A stretch of 64,000 bases of DNA, taken from the NCBI RefSeq assembly GCF_009914755.1, contig NC_060927.1. One strand, given 5' to 3'. Made by a program: the position numbers and the translations under genes. Position 1 is the stretch's first letter, and every line of letters starts with the position of its first letter. This DNA comes from the human T2T-CHM13v2.0 reference genome, Homo sapiens. Below the pieces are notes generated by a model. It was not told the origin of the DNA, did not search any database, and saw only the letters and a list, made by a program, of their open reading frames with translations. Of this stretch, positions 32,125 to 45,720 are shown one piece after another.

Positions 32125-32655
32125 CTAGAGCAAGTGTAAGCAAACCGACAGTACTGACAGGCCATGTCAATACTGATGCCTGTTCTTGTAAATAAATTTT
32201 ATTGGAATACAGTCACACCTGGTTGCTATTTATTGTCTTTGGTGCTGGAGAGAAAGAGAGTTTGCAGAGGGACATAAGGAAACTTGCGAGGGAAATGGAA
32301 AGATTTGTTGTCTTGATTATGGGGACGATTTCGTGGGAGCACACATAAGCCAAAATAGATCAAATTGTTTATTTTAAATATGTGCAGTATAGTGTCCTTC
32401 ACCTATAACTCCAAAAGTTGAACATTTTAAAAAAGAGCCAGAGAGATAAGATTCAAATTTTTAAAATAAAACATATAAACTACCTGCCCAAACATTTTAT
32501 CATTAAGTCTAATAGTGATAAAATGATCCTGTCAAATTGCTCTAAGAATTTTAACACTTTTAATGTCTGTACCAGTCTCACCAGGGATTAGTAATGAACC
32601 TTTCACTGGTAATTAGCATCCCACAATACACTCATTGAGTAGCATTGCTCTAGGA
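32125..32655. mobile_element. Cluster of old fragments: MER58A-like, L1M 3' end, hAT-Charlie end
   Basis: ttgtaaataaattttattggaatacagtc (MER58); gtcttgattatggggacgatttc...aaatatgtgcag (L1M); ttgagtagcattgctctag (Charlie). Confidence 0.5.
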
Positions 32656-32799
32656 AATACAGAAGAAAGCTAAGCTAGGGTCCCTATTCCTCTTGGATAA
32701 TTACAATTAGGATAACAATGAAACAGTACCATAACAGGGTAAGACAGGTAAAGTGTGGTTCCAAAGTTAGTGATTTAGGGCTTTTCAGTAGACAGTAGA

Positions 32800-33015
32800 A
32801 TGAAATCCAGAAAGGTCTTTGGAAGCTCTCAGGCTAAGATTTAATCTCAATTTCTTTCACTTCCGTCCTCTTAGACTGTAAAAAAGTTATGAAACTGCTT
32901 AGAACCAATTTTGTTATAGAAGGAAATGACAAAAATAATATTCTCTTCATGGAGCTATTTGTATCTTTCAGAAACATGCATGTACTAGGCATTCAATAAA
33001 TATTTGTTAGCTGGA
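32800..33015 (+). mobile_element. MIR fragment
   Basis: Ends taggcattcaataaatatttgttag. Confidence 0.45.
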
Positions 33016-33653
33016 ATAAAGAGCCTAAAAAAAATTGCATTTCCAGGGTTGCTAAGCAACTTGCCAGAAGATAGTAGTTAGTGACTATTGCTGATCTCAT
33101 CTGGTTTATGATTTCTATCTGAAGGCTGGATTTAAAACATTTGCTTATGTGAGTCATTTACTTTAACAAAGCTAACCTAGTATTATAGGCAATATTTGTA
33201 AAATTCAAAACTAGCTTCTTTTTATATGAGTATTATAATTTTCAGTTTATCTGTGTGCCATAGACAAATATTTATTTTATATAGATATACCCTCCTCTTT
33301 GCAAAAATAGAAAAATATTTCTAGAAAGTATATATATTTCTTTAGCATTTAATTGCAAAGTTCACTATTTGTTAAAGGTAATCTTTATGGTAATGTATTG
33401 TGAAAAGTGGAAACATATCCCCTAGTTTTTTTGCTTTACATTTTTATTCTAGGTTGGGGGGTACATGTGAAGGTTTGTTATACAGGTAAACTCCCGTCAC
33501 AGGGCTTCGTTGTACTGATTATTTCATCACCCAGTTTTTAAACTCAGTTTGCAATAGTTACCTTTTCTGCTCCTCTCCTTCCTCCCACCCTCCACTCTCA
33601 ACTAGACCCCAGTGTCTGTTGCTTTATTCTTTGTATTCATGAGTTCTCTTCAT

Positions 33654-36600
33654 TTAGCTCCCATGTATAAGTGAAAACATGTGTTACTTGGTTTTCTTTT
33701 TCTGCATTATTTTGCTAAAGATAATAGCCTCCAGCTCTATCCATGTTTCTGCAAAAGACGTGATCTCCTTCCTTTCATGGCTGCATCGTATTGCATGGTA
33801 TAAATGTACCACATTTTCTTTATTCAATTTGTCATTGATAGGCATTTAAGTTTATTCCATGTCTTTACTATTGTGACTAGTGCTGCAATGAACATTCGTG
33901 TGCCTGTGTCTGTATGATAGAATGATTTATATTTCTCTGGGTATACACCCAATAATGGGATTGCTGGGTCGAATGGTAGTTCTGCTTTTAGCTCTTTGAG
34001 GAATCACCATACTGTTTTCCACAATGGTTGAACTAATTTATACTCCCACCAACAGTGTATAAGTGTTCTCTTTTCTCCAAAAACTTGCCAGCTTATTTGT
34101 TGTCTTTGTAATAATAGCCATTCTGACTGATTTGAGATGGTATCTCTTTGTGGTTTTGATTTTCATTTCTCTAATGATTAGTGAAATTGGGCTTTTTTTT
34201 ACATGCTTGTTGATCACATACATGTCTTCTTTTACAAAGTATCTGTTCATATCCTTTGTCTACTTTTTAATGAGGTTGTTTGTTTTTCTCTTGTAAATTT
34301 GTTTAAGTTCCTTATAGAAGCTGGATATTAGACCTTTGTCAGGTGCAGAGTAAGCAGATATTTTCTCCCATTCTGTAGGTTGTCTGTGTACTCTTTCGCT
34401 GTGCAGAAGCTCTTAAGTTTAATTAGATCCTTCTCGTCAATTTTTGCTTTTGTTGTCATTGCTTTTGGTGTCTTGTCATGAAATCTATGTCCATTCCTAT
34501 ATCCAGGATGGTATTGCCTAGGTTGTCTTCCAGGGTTTTTATAGTTTGGGATTTTACTTTTAAGTCTTTAATCCATCTTGGGTTGATTTTTGTATATGGT
34601 GTAAGATGTCCAGATTCATCTTCTGCACATGGCTAGCCAGTTATCCCAGCACCATTTATTGGTTGAATAAAGAGTCTTTTTTCCATGGCTTGGTTTTATC
34701 AGCTTTGTCAAAGATCAGGTGGTCATAGGTATGTGGCCTTATTTCTGGACTCCCTATTTTGTTCCATTGGTCCATGTGCCTATTTTTATACCAGTGCCAT
34801 GCTGCTTTGGTTACTGTAGCCCTGAAGTATAGTTTGAAGTAGGGTAATATGATGCCTTCAGCTTTTTCTTTTTACGTAACATTACCTTGGCATTTGGACT
34901 ATATTTTGGTTCCATATGAATTTTAAAATAGTTTTTTTTTCTAGTCCTGTGAAAAATGTCATTGGTAGTTTGATAGAAATAGCTTTCAATCTGTAAATTG
35001 CTTTGAGTGATACAGCCATTTTAATAATAGTCATTCTTCCTATACGTGAGCATGGGATTTATTTTTATTTGTTTGTCTTCTCTAATTTCTTTGAGCAATG
35101 TTTTATAATTCTTATTGTAGAGATCTTTTACTTCCCTGGTTAGCTGTATTTCTAGGTATTTTACTCTCTTTGTGGCAATTGTGAATGAGATTAACTTTCT
35201 GATTTGACTCTTGGTGTGGCTGTTGTGGTATATAGCAATGCTAGTGATTTTTGTACATTGATTTGGTATCTTAAAATGTTGCTGAAGCTGTTTATCAGCT
35301 GAAGAAACTTTTGTCCCAAGACTATGAGGGTTTCTGGATGTAGAATCATGTAATCTGCAAATAGAAATAGCTTGACTTCTTCTCTTCCTACTTAGGTGTT
35401 CTTTATTTTTTACTCTTGCCTGATTGCTCAGGTTAGGAGTCCTAATACTATGTTGAATAGAAGTGGTGAGAGAGGACATCCTGTCTTGTACCAGTTTTCA
35501 AGAGGAATGGGGAATACTTCCAGCTTTTGCCCATTTAATATAATATTGGCTGTGCATTTGTCATAGATGGCTCCTATTACTTGGAGGCATGTTCCTTCGA
35601 TATAGTTTATTGAGAGTTTATAACATGAAGGAGTGTTGAGTTTTTTCAAAAGCCTTTTATGCATCCATTGAGATAATCATGTGGTTTTTGTCTTTAGTTC
35701 TGTTTATGTGATGAATCACATTTATTGATGTACATATGTAGAACCAATCTTGCATCCCAGGGGTGAAGCCCATTTAATTGTGGTGGATTAGCTCTTTTGT
35801 GTGCTGCTGGATTCGGTATGCAAGTATCTTGTCAAGAATTTTTGCATCTGTGTTCATCCAGAATATTGGCCTGAAATTTTCTTTTTTCATTTTGTCTCTG
35901 CCAGTATTTGGTATCAGGATGATGCTGGCCTCATAGACTGAGTTATAGAGGAGTCCCTCCTCTTCAATTTTTTTTTGGAATGGTTTCAGTAGGAATGGTA
36001 CCAGCTCTTCTTTGTCCCTGTAGTAGAATTCAGCTGTGAGTCCATCAGGTTCTGAGCATTTTTTTGGTTGGTAGGCTATTTATTACTGATTCAATTTTGG
36101 AGCTCATTATCGGTCTGATCAGGGAATTAATTTCTTCCTGGTTCAGTCTTGAGAGGTTGCTTATGTCCAGGAATTTATCCATATCTTCTAGGTTGACTAG
36201 TTTGTGTGAATAGAGGTGTTTGTAGTAGTTTCTGATGGTTGTATTTCTGTGGGGTCACTGGTAGCATTCCTTTTCTCATTTCTAATTGTGTTTATTTGGA
36301 TCTTTCTTTTCTTCTTTATTGGTCTAGCTAGCGGCCTGTCTTACTAATATTTTCAAAAACCAACTCCTGGATTCATTGATCTATTGGATATTTTTTTGTG
36401 TCTTAATTTCCTTCGGTTCAGCTCTCATTTTGGTCATTTCTTGTCTTCTGCTACCTTTGAGTTTGGTTTGTTTTGCTTCTGTAATTCTTCCAGTTTTGAT
36501 GTTAGGTTGTTAATTTGAGATCTTTCTAACTTTTTGATGTGGGCATTTAATGCTATGAATTTCCCCTTAACACTGTCTTAGCTGGATCCCAGAGATTCTG

Positions 36601-37451
36601 GTGCATTGTATCTTTGTTCTCATTAGCATCAAAGAACTTCTTGATTTCTGCCTTAACTTTATTTACCCAAAACTCATTCAGGAACATGTTGTTTGATTTT
36701 CATGTAATTGCATGATTTTAAGCAATGTGTTTTTCAGTCTTCTCTTTTTTTTGCACTATGGTCCGAGACTGTGTTTGGTATGATTGCAGTTCTTTTACAT
36801 TTGCTGTGGATTGTTTTATATCAAATTATGTGGCTGATTTTAGATTATGTGCCGTATGGTGATGAGAAGAGTATATATTCTGTTGTTTTGGGGTGGAGAG
36901 TCCGGTAGAGGTCTATTAGATCTATTTGGTCCAATAGTGAGTTCGGGTCCTGAATATCTTTGTTAATTTTCTGCCTTGACAATCTCTCTAATACTGTCAT
37001 TGGAGTGTTAAAATTTCTTATCATTATTTTGTGGGAGTCTATTTCTCTTTTTATGTCTCTAAGAACTTGTTTTAGGTATCTGGGTTCTCCTGTGTTGGGT
37101 GCATATATATTTAGGATAGTTAGGTCTTCTTGTTGAATTGGACTCTTTACTATTATATAATGTACTTCTTTATGTTTTTTTTTATTTTTTGTTGGTTTGA
37201 AGTCTATTTTGTCTGAAATTAGGATTGCAACCCTCTGCTTTTTTCTGTTTTCCATTTGCATGGTGGATTTTCCTCCATTCCTTTATTTTGAGCCTATGGG
37301 TGTCATCATGTGTGAGATGACTCTCTTGAAGACAGCATACCACTGGGGCTTGCTTTCTTATGCAGTTACCACTCTGTGCCTTTTAATTGGGAGCATTTAG
37401 CTCATTTACATTCAGGATTAGTATTGTTATATGTGGATTTGAGTCTGTCAT
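33654..37451 (-). pseudogene. L1 ORF2 (endonuclease, reverse transcriptase), disrupted
   Basis: ATG at 37451; VAILISDKIDFK, NIYAPNTG and [13 protein letters not shown] peptides lie in several frames. Confidence 0.9.
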
Positions 37452-37539
37452 GGTGTTGTTAGCTGGTTATTATGTTGGCTTCTCGGGTTGCTTTATAGTG
37501 ACAATGGTCTGTGTGTTTATGCAAGTTTTTGTATAAACA

Positions 37540-38590
37540 TGCTGATAGTAGTTTTCCTTTCTATATTTACTGCTGATAGTAGTCTTCCTTTCTATATTTA
37601 CTGCTTTTTTAAGGATCTTTTATAAGGCAGGTCTGGTATTACTGAACTCCCTCAACATTTGCTTACCTGAAAAAAGATCTTATTTTCCTTTTGCTTAGGA
37701 AGCTTAGTTTGGCTGGATATGAAATTGTTGGTTGCATATTTTTTTCTTCAAGAATGCTGAATATAGGCCCCCAATCTCTTTTTGCTTGTAGAGTCTCAGC
37801 TGAGAGGTCCACTATTAGCCTTATAGGCTTCCCTTTGCAGCTAACCTGCCCTTTCTCTCTAGCTGCCTTTAACGTTCTTTCTTTCATTTCAACCTTGGAA
37901 AATCTGACAATTATGTGTGTTGGGGATGATCTTCTTGTGTAGACTCTTGCAGGAGTTTTCTGTGTTTCCTGAATCTGACTGTTGGGCTCTATAGCAAGGC
38001 TGGAGACGTTTTCATGAATGATATTCTGAAATATGTTTTCCAAGTTGTTTGCTTTCTCCCCCTCCTTTTCAGGGATGCCAGTTATTCATATATTTAGCCT
38101 CTTTACATAATCCCATATTTCTTGGAGGTTTTGTTTGCTCCGTTTTATTATTATTTTTTCCTTAAATTTTGGTCTGTCTTATTTCAGAGAGCCAGTCTTC
38201 AAGTTCTGAGATTCTTTCCTCAGCTTGGTTTATTCTGCTAATACTTGTGATTGCATTGTGAAATTCTTGTATTTTGTCATTAAGCTTTATCAGATCCATT
38301 AGCTTCTTTTTTATATCAGCTATTTCATCCTTCAGTTCCTGCATCACTTTATTGTGATTCTGAGTTTCTTTGGATTGGGTTTTGCTGTCCTCCTAAATCT
38401 CAATGATCTTTGTTTCTATACGTATTCCAAATTCTATTTCTGTCATTTCAGGCAGCTAGCCTGCTTATGAACTCTTGTTGCAAAATTGGTGTGGTCAGTT
38501 GGAAGACATAGGACACTCAGGTTATTTGAGTTACAGGAGTTCTTGCATTAGTTCTTTCTCATCTGTGCATGTGAGTCTTCCCTTAATTGC
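37540..38590 (-). pseudogene. L1 ORF1, disrupted
   Basis: RINQAEERISELED and LKAAREKGQV...ISYPAKLSF peptides; boundaries approximate. Confidence 0.85.
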
Positions 38591-40448
38591 ATTGTAGATG
38601 GAGTACAGTCAGTAGACTTATTTGTTTGGTGTTTTCTCTGGGCTGAGGCTTTGTGCAGGGTCTTTATTTGAAGCTGCTTTCTTGTCTCTGGTTTCAGAGG
38701 GTGGTATGTTAGTGAGGTAATTTTGATGTTGAAGCTTTGGGGTATGATCCAGTAGGTGGCATTTAGGTGTACTGGTCAGTTGGTAGACTCTTGCTCAGTT
38801 GTGTGGCTCCCCTGTGTTTCCTCACAGTTGCAGACCTGTTCCCTCTCAATACTCTTGAAAGTGAGAGTTCCTCTCCCTCTTGAATGCTGGCTGTGAATCA
38901 TGGCTTGGCACTTCTGGGATGTCCACTGCAGCTCTGGGGCAATCTCAGTGTTTATGTTCCTTCCCCAACTTTGTGGCAGCAGACGAAGGGACCCTAGTAG
39001 TAGTTGTGGCCAAGAGTTTTTGCTTGTCTTCTGGGGGCTCCACCCCAAAGAGATGCAGGTCAGCAATCATCCAGTGCAATCAACCCAAGATGGAAGGTCT
39101 GTGTTATTGGCCCCAGCCAGGGGTTCCCTATTTGGTGATGAGCAGCAGGGTGTGTGTGGGACCCATGGGAGATTGACTGGCCTCTTCTACTTGTTGACTG
39201 GAGCTTGTTAGAGGTGTGGTAAGGCATTTAGGGTCTTTGCTCCTTCAGTAGTCCAAGAATAGCAAAGTCAGTTCCACTGCAGAGGCAGTGGCAGAGAGAC
39301 TTTCAGTTGCCCCTGGAGGCTCTGCCCAGGGAGTTGCTGAGTTGCTAATGGCCCGATAGCTCTGGCAGGGGGTAACTGGAGGCCCAGGCCTGGGGGATCT
39401 GTCCAGTGAGGAGATGTAGGAACAGGCACCCACCTAACAGTCTGGCCACTTTTCCTTAGGGCTGCTGCGGTATGCTAGGCACTCACTCCAGTCCCTAGTC
39501 ACCTTGGATTTTCTAGTACCTGGAGGTATCACCAGTGAAGGCTGTGAAACAGCAAAGATGAGGGCCTGCTCCTCCCTCTAGGAGCTTCATCCCAGGGAGG
39601 CATGAACATGTTGTCAGCCTGAACCCACCTGTAGGAGGTGGTAGAGACCCCGATTAGGAGGTCCCACCCAGTGACAGGGAACAGGATCAGGCACCTACTT
39701 TAAAAAGCAGCCTGGATGTGTTGTCATAGAGCAGCTGTGCTGTGCTGGGGAATTCCTTCTGCCCCTGGTCAGCTTGAACTCTCCAAAAGCCAAAGGCTGT
39801 AATGGCTAAGTAGCCCAAACAGCAAAGATGTTGGCCCACCCCTCCCCCGGGAGCTCTGTCTCAGGGAGGTACAATGCTGCTACCAGTGGCTAGCTGGAAT
39901 TCCAAGCCAGTCTTATCCTGTGAGGTGCCATGGAAGTATGGCCTGCAGACTGTCACTGCTTAGCATCCTGGATTCAGCTTCTTTCCTAGGGGTATGAGGA
40001 TCTAACCCCCTGTTTTGTCATGGTTGCAGATTCTTTTGCCAGGAAGCCTAGGAAGCTCAGGTATCTAAGGCTCCCAGGTCTTAGCCTGTGCCTGAGTGGC
40101 TGCTCTGCCAAGACTCCACATAGCTCTGTGTGTCAGACTGAAGACCCTGGTGGAGTGGGCTCACGAGGGGATCTCCTCACCTGGGGGTTGCAAATATCCA
40201 TGAGAGAAGCATGGGTTCCCAGGGGTCACACATTCTGTCACCACTTCCCTGGGCAGGGAGTTTCCACTGGCTCCATGTCACTCCCCAGTGGGCCATCATC
40301 CTGCCTTAAGTTTCTTTGTTCTCTGTGGGTTGAGTTGTTTCCTTGATTAGTCCTTGATGAGTACTGGATGTTTCAGTTGAAGGTGCCGTATTTACTTGCC
40401 CCTTCAGTTCTTCTGTGTGAGAGGCAGCACACTAGCTGCTTCTAGTCA

Positions 40449-40457
40449 GCCATCTTG
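40449..40457 (-). promoter_or_regulatory. YY1 site of the L1 5'UTR internal promoter
   Basis: CAAGATGGC about 15 nt from the L1 5' end, the canonical position. Confidence 0.7.
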
Positions 40458-40574
40458 GCTACCCCCTCCCCATCTAGGTTTTAGATTTCTACAAAGCAAT
40501 AATCTGAAAAGATCATGCAGTGCTTACAAACAATAGGTGTAAATGGTTGTCTGTATTTCTCCATTTGTGGAAAA

Positions 40575-40810
40575 AGAGGTATACCAGAATTAATGAGAAA
40601 CCGTGTACCAGGCTCTGAGCCAAGCACTTTTTCAAACATAATCAAATTTAATCCTTATAACTATTGTACAAGGTTAGTACTGGTATCACTACTTGACAGA
40701 TAAAGAAACTGAGGCTTATGAAGCCCCTTTTGCACTAGGGATGATAACTGGAGAAGCAAATATTTTCACTCAGGCCTGGTTGATGCATATTTTCTGCTCT
40801 TCTGTGATAC
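40575..40810 (-). mobile_element. MIR
   Basis: ccaggctctgagccaagcacttt...tttaatccttataac...acagataaagaaactgaggctt. Confidence 0.7.
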
Positions 40811-41112
40811 TGCATTGCCTATTATCTGAGATTTGGCCTACATTTAAAATTCTAATCTTGAATCCCTGGGGCAAAAATTTGACAGCAAAATGAGTTATAG
40901 CACCTTTGGAAAGCAAAAGCTTGAGCTACCCAAATTTCCTGGATTCCCTGAGGTTTTCCAAAGATATTCTTTAATAGAATTCTCAAACGTTTTGAGCACT
41001 TGTATCCCAGACTTCAAGATTGAATAAATGACATTTGAACGTGGCTTGGTTCTATAAGTAATTGGGAAACCTATATTAAAATTCCTAGAATTTGTGGCCT
41101 AGAAATCACTTA

Positions 41113-41480
<368 letters not shown>

Positions 41481-41749
41481 TTATTCAGAATGAGATAGAA
41501 AAAATGTGACCTAATTCTGTGACTATTCCTCTTGTTTATTTCTCTATATATTTCTCCAATTCTTGCCAAGTTTCCTAAGCCTATCAAGAATTTGAGCTCC
41601 TAGGTACTTCTTTTACTTAATATTTCTCAATGGAATGCGTTTTTTATAAAAACTAGTTAAATATAATATACATTAGGTCTTTATTTACATTAGGCCAATG
41701 TATGTTTGGTCTAGTGTAAATAAAGTATTTCACAAAAATTCAGTAATAG

Positions 41750-41990
41750 AATCTATGGTAAAGATGGCAGATTTTGGAGTCACGCTACCTAGACTTGAAT
41801 CCTGTTTTCCTAGTTGTATAACTTTGGCCAAAGTGTAATGTTTATGTCATTCTGTTTTCTTTTAGTTAAACAGGGAATATGATGTCGCCTATCTCATATA
41901 GGATTACTTTGAGAATTATATGAGGCAATACTTTTAAAGTCACTTAGAACAGTGCATGTTATAGTATCAAGTAAGTTCTGAATGTATTTT
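41750..41990 (+). mobile_element. MIR
   Basis: gattttggagtca...ttgaatcctg...cctatctcat...cacttagaacagtgc. Confidence 0.65.
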
Positions 41991-43127
41991 CTTTTATTAA
42001 TCATTTTTATTTATACATAGTTGAAACATTTTTGTGATTCTGTTTTCACAAAATAATAAAGAGTGAAGGAAGATGGAAGTGTATTATGAAGAAAGGAGGG
42101 AGGAAAAGAGAAAGGGAGGGAAGAACGGAGAAAGAGAGAATGTGGAAAGGTAGATGTGAAGTAGGAAGATCAATTAGGAGTATACTTAGGTCTCTGACAG
42201 TTCTAACGTGTTTAAATACACAGTGAAAACTCTGCATACTCTCTTGCAATTCTTATATTCATTTATATTGAACATATGAACATTTCTATTTTATATTCAT
42301 TTATATTGAACACATGAATATTTCTTAGGCAGTTGCTTTGCTACTGTAGCTCACAGACTTAATAAAGGAATCTGCTACTTGCTAACAAAAATAAACATTC
42401 AAAAGTTGTGAAGCTAGAACCGTCACTTAGTAACCCTTCACCTCAGCTCAAAGCCATATAAAATCCTTGATATATAACTGTGCTTAATTGCGTTGTGCTC
42501 AGTTAGAGCATCATAACTTATCTATAGTGCATTTATCTCTAGGAGGGTCAAATGTATAATTTTGCTGCCACATGATACTGATTTTTCTATATTATAGTTA
42601 TTCTGGTCAGGTTGTAGGTTAAAAGCAACTCTCAGCATTGTCTTCTTTCAAATGCAACATGAGTGGGTTTTTTTGTTTGTTTGTTTTTTGTTTTTTTCTT
42701 TTTTGCACAAGATTACATGTTCAGTTATCCCAACCCTTGCAAAGGAAAATTTATAAGCCTTCCTGGAAAAGCAGAGCTGAAGATTGCTGTTTTATGGTTT
42801 CACTTTGATCAAATTTATAGGCATAATCTGAATATGACCTTTTTCTAAGATTAACAGTTCCTTCCTTAAGTGCTGACCATGGTTAGGAATGGTAGTATTG
42901 TAATTTGAATTTTTAAAAATTCCCTGGAAAGTACTATTCTTTTCAAGACATAAGAAGAATGTGGGACTCTCAGTGAAAATGGAATTTAGGAATGATGCTA
43001 ATAGTTCTTCTTTATAAATTTATTATTCTTGGGAAAAAAAACACTGATAACTTTTAAGAAATCTTTTATTTTTTTTCTTTGGTCTTCTAGTATACAGGTT
43101 TTAAAAAAAAATCCACATGAATAGTGA

Positions 43128-43192
43128 TATATATACAGACACACACACACACATACTGACACATATACACACACATACACATATGTGCACAC
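43128..43192. repeat. Imperfect (TA)/(CA)n microsatellite
   Basis: tatatatacagacacacacacacacatactgacacatatacacacacatacac. Confidence 0.8.
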
Positions 43193-43527
43193 ATTCTTCT
43201 GTATGTACATATTCTGTTGTCAGTGGTGTCTAAATTATTATAATTATTATTTCAAAGACTTGCACTGAGCTTTATTTTCTAATAACAAATGTATTTTATT
43301 TTGGTAAACTTGCTGCCATTTTAGTAACTAATATTTAATTTTGCTGTATACCTACATAGATGTAAATATAGTTATGAACTGCTATTTTTAACATTTTATA
43401 TAATTATATTTAATTAGACATGTAACACCTTTGACATGAAACTTGACATATTGTTAATTTTTGCCAGTTAAACCCGTAACTAAATTTAATTCTTTAAAAT
43501 ACAAAATGTTTCCTGAAATGTCATTAG

Positions 43528-43894
<367 letters not shown>

Positions 43895-43949
43895 TAATGA
43901 ATGTTAAATTTATCAGATGTCACTAAAGATAACTTTTGTCTGGTACTTT

Positions 43950-44900
43950 ATTGTGACTATTACTACTTAACCAATCTTCCTAAAACTGAGTGTCACAACA
44001 CAGTCATTTTATTATCTTTCATGGCTTCTATGGGACAGGAATTTGGACACAGAACAATAAAGATGGCTTTTCTTTCTTCCATGATGTCAGGGGTCTCTTC
44101 TGGGAAGATTTGATGGCTGTGGTGACTCAAAAACTGGGGGCTGGAATCATCTAGGGCTGTCTGCACTGATGTATTTGTCCATTGATACTGGTTTTAGACT
44201 GAGTCCTCATCTGGACTGTCAGTTGAAACACTTACTGTCTTAGTTCTTTCAGGCTGCTATAAGAAAATATGATAGACTGGGTGACTTATAAACAACAGAA
44301 ATTTTATTTCTCCCAATTCTGGAGGCAGGGAAGTCCAAGATCAAGGTGCTGGTGAATTTGATGTCTGGTGAAGGCCCACTTCCTCATACACAGTTGTCTT
44401 CTCACTCTAGCCTCACATGGCAGAAGAGAAAGGGGTCTCTCTGGTGCTTCTTTTATAAAGACACAAATTCCTTTTATGAGTTCTCTACCCTCTTGACCTA
44501 ATCATCTCCCAAAGATCCCACCCTCTTGACCTAGTCATTCCCCAAAGATCCTACCTCCTACTACCATCACCCTGGGGGTGATTATTTCAGCATAGGAATT
44601 TGGGGGAAACATAAACATTCAGGCCATAGCTCTTACCCATAGCCCTTCAAATGGGCTTTCTCACAACACCCAGTAGGGTTTCAGGTGCAAGTGTCCCCAG
44701 AAAGCCAATTGGAATCTATTTTACCTGTTACGACCTAGCCTCGAAAGTCACATAATATCACTTCTGCCATGGTTGCAAGCCTGCCCAGTTCCAAGGGGTG
44801 GGGAGGGTTGTCCCTGATACCATCTCTTAGTAGGTAGAGTGTCAAAGTCACACAGTGTAATGGGGGATATTGTTGCAGCCATCATTGAAAAATATAATTT
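43950..44900 (-). mobile_element. MLT1H-like MaLR LTR, interrupted by a nested MLT1A
   Basis: caggaatttgg...ggggctggaatcatct...gacctagcctcgaaagtcaca...tcacttctgcca; the host halves rejoin across the CTTAC TSD. Confidence 0.7.
44236..44631 (-). mobile_element. MLT1A-like MaLR solo LTR nested in an older LTR
   Basis: tgtcttagtt...ggctgctataa...aagtccaagatcaaggtgctgg...aaacattcaggccatagc; perfect 5-bp TSD CTTAC (44231-44235, 44632-44636). Confidence 0.88.
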
Positions 44901-45329
44901 TTTATATTGGTGTAAAAAAAACAAATTCAGTAATCAGCTATTATTGGCTTTTAATATATTTCACACTACATTGACTTTAGTTCCATCTGCAACCTCAGAA
45001 TTTGGACCAGGACCAACATCACAAATGAGCCATACTATAAACACGGAACACCATTGCACTGTGCCCTTTACAAAGGAATGTTAGTATAATCTTACAATTC
45101 ACTGCAGAGAAATGATCAGTGTTCTGTCCTTTTAGGACATGGCCAAAGAAAACAAACAAAGTTACCCTTAGCTACAGTAGCTAAACATTCAACAACAGAA
45201 TATGTCTTCACTGCTATTCGGAAGAAGAAGTGTGGAGCAAGAGTAATACTAATATGTGCCAAATAATAGCATATTGAGATAACTATCCATTCCCAGATTC
45301 TCTGTGCTCCTTTTTGTGCACTGGTCTTG

Positions 45330-45720
45330 AGCAGCAGTTCTCAAGATTGTTATCCATTGTCTATTTGCATTGGAACCATTGAGGGCAGGTCTAAGCAAAC
45401 TACAGCCAGCAGATCAAATCCAGCCTGGTCAGTTTTTTATGACCCGGTTTGCTAAGTATTGGTTTCCTATTTTTAAAGGAGTACAAAAAACAATCAATGA
45501 CAACAAAATAAAAATAAGAGACAGAGAATACCAAAGTTTAAAATATCTACTATCTGTCCCTTTACAGAGAAACTTTGGTCGCCCCCAGATCTTACATACT
45601 TGATGAAAGTGTAGAGTCCTTGGTTTTACCAAGGACTCTACAAACCTACTGAATATGAATTGAGAGTAGGGAGTAGATTTTGGGAATCTGCATCTCTGAA
45701 GAGTTCCCAAAAGTTTTATA
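45330..45720. mobile_element. MER5A-like element interrupted by MER58 (about 45385-45590)
   Basis: cagcagttctcaa...cctactgaat...gggaatctgcat (MER5A); gcaaactacagcc...caaatccagcc...atctgtccctttacagagaaa (MER58). Confidence 0.65.

Larger units (their letters stand above)
33431..40473 (-). mobile_element. Full-length LINE-1 (L1PA12-14-like, ~7.0 kb), inactive
   Basis: 5' end ggccaagatggctgactagaagcagctagtg-type with YY1 site; ORF1 fragments (37663-38347); ORF2 fragments (34038-37261); 3'UTR acaaaccttcacatgtacccc; candidate TSD ctagttttt (33422) / ctaggtttt (40474). Confidence 0.95.
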
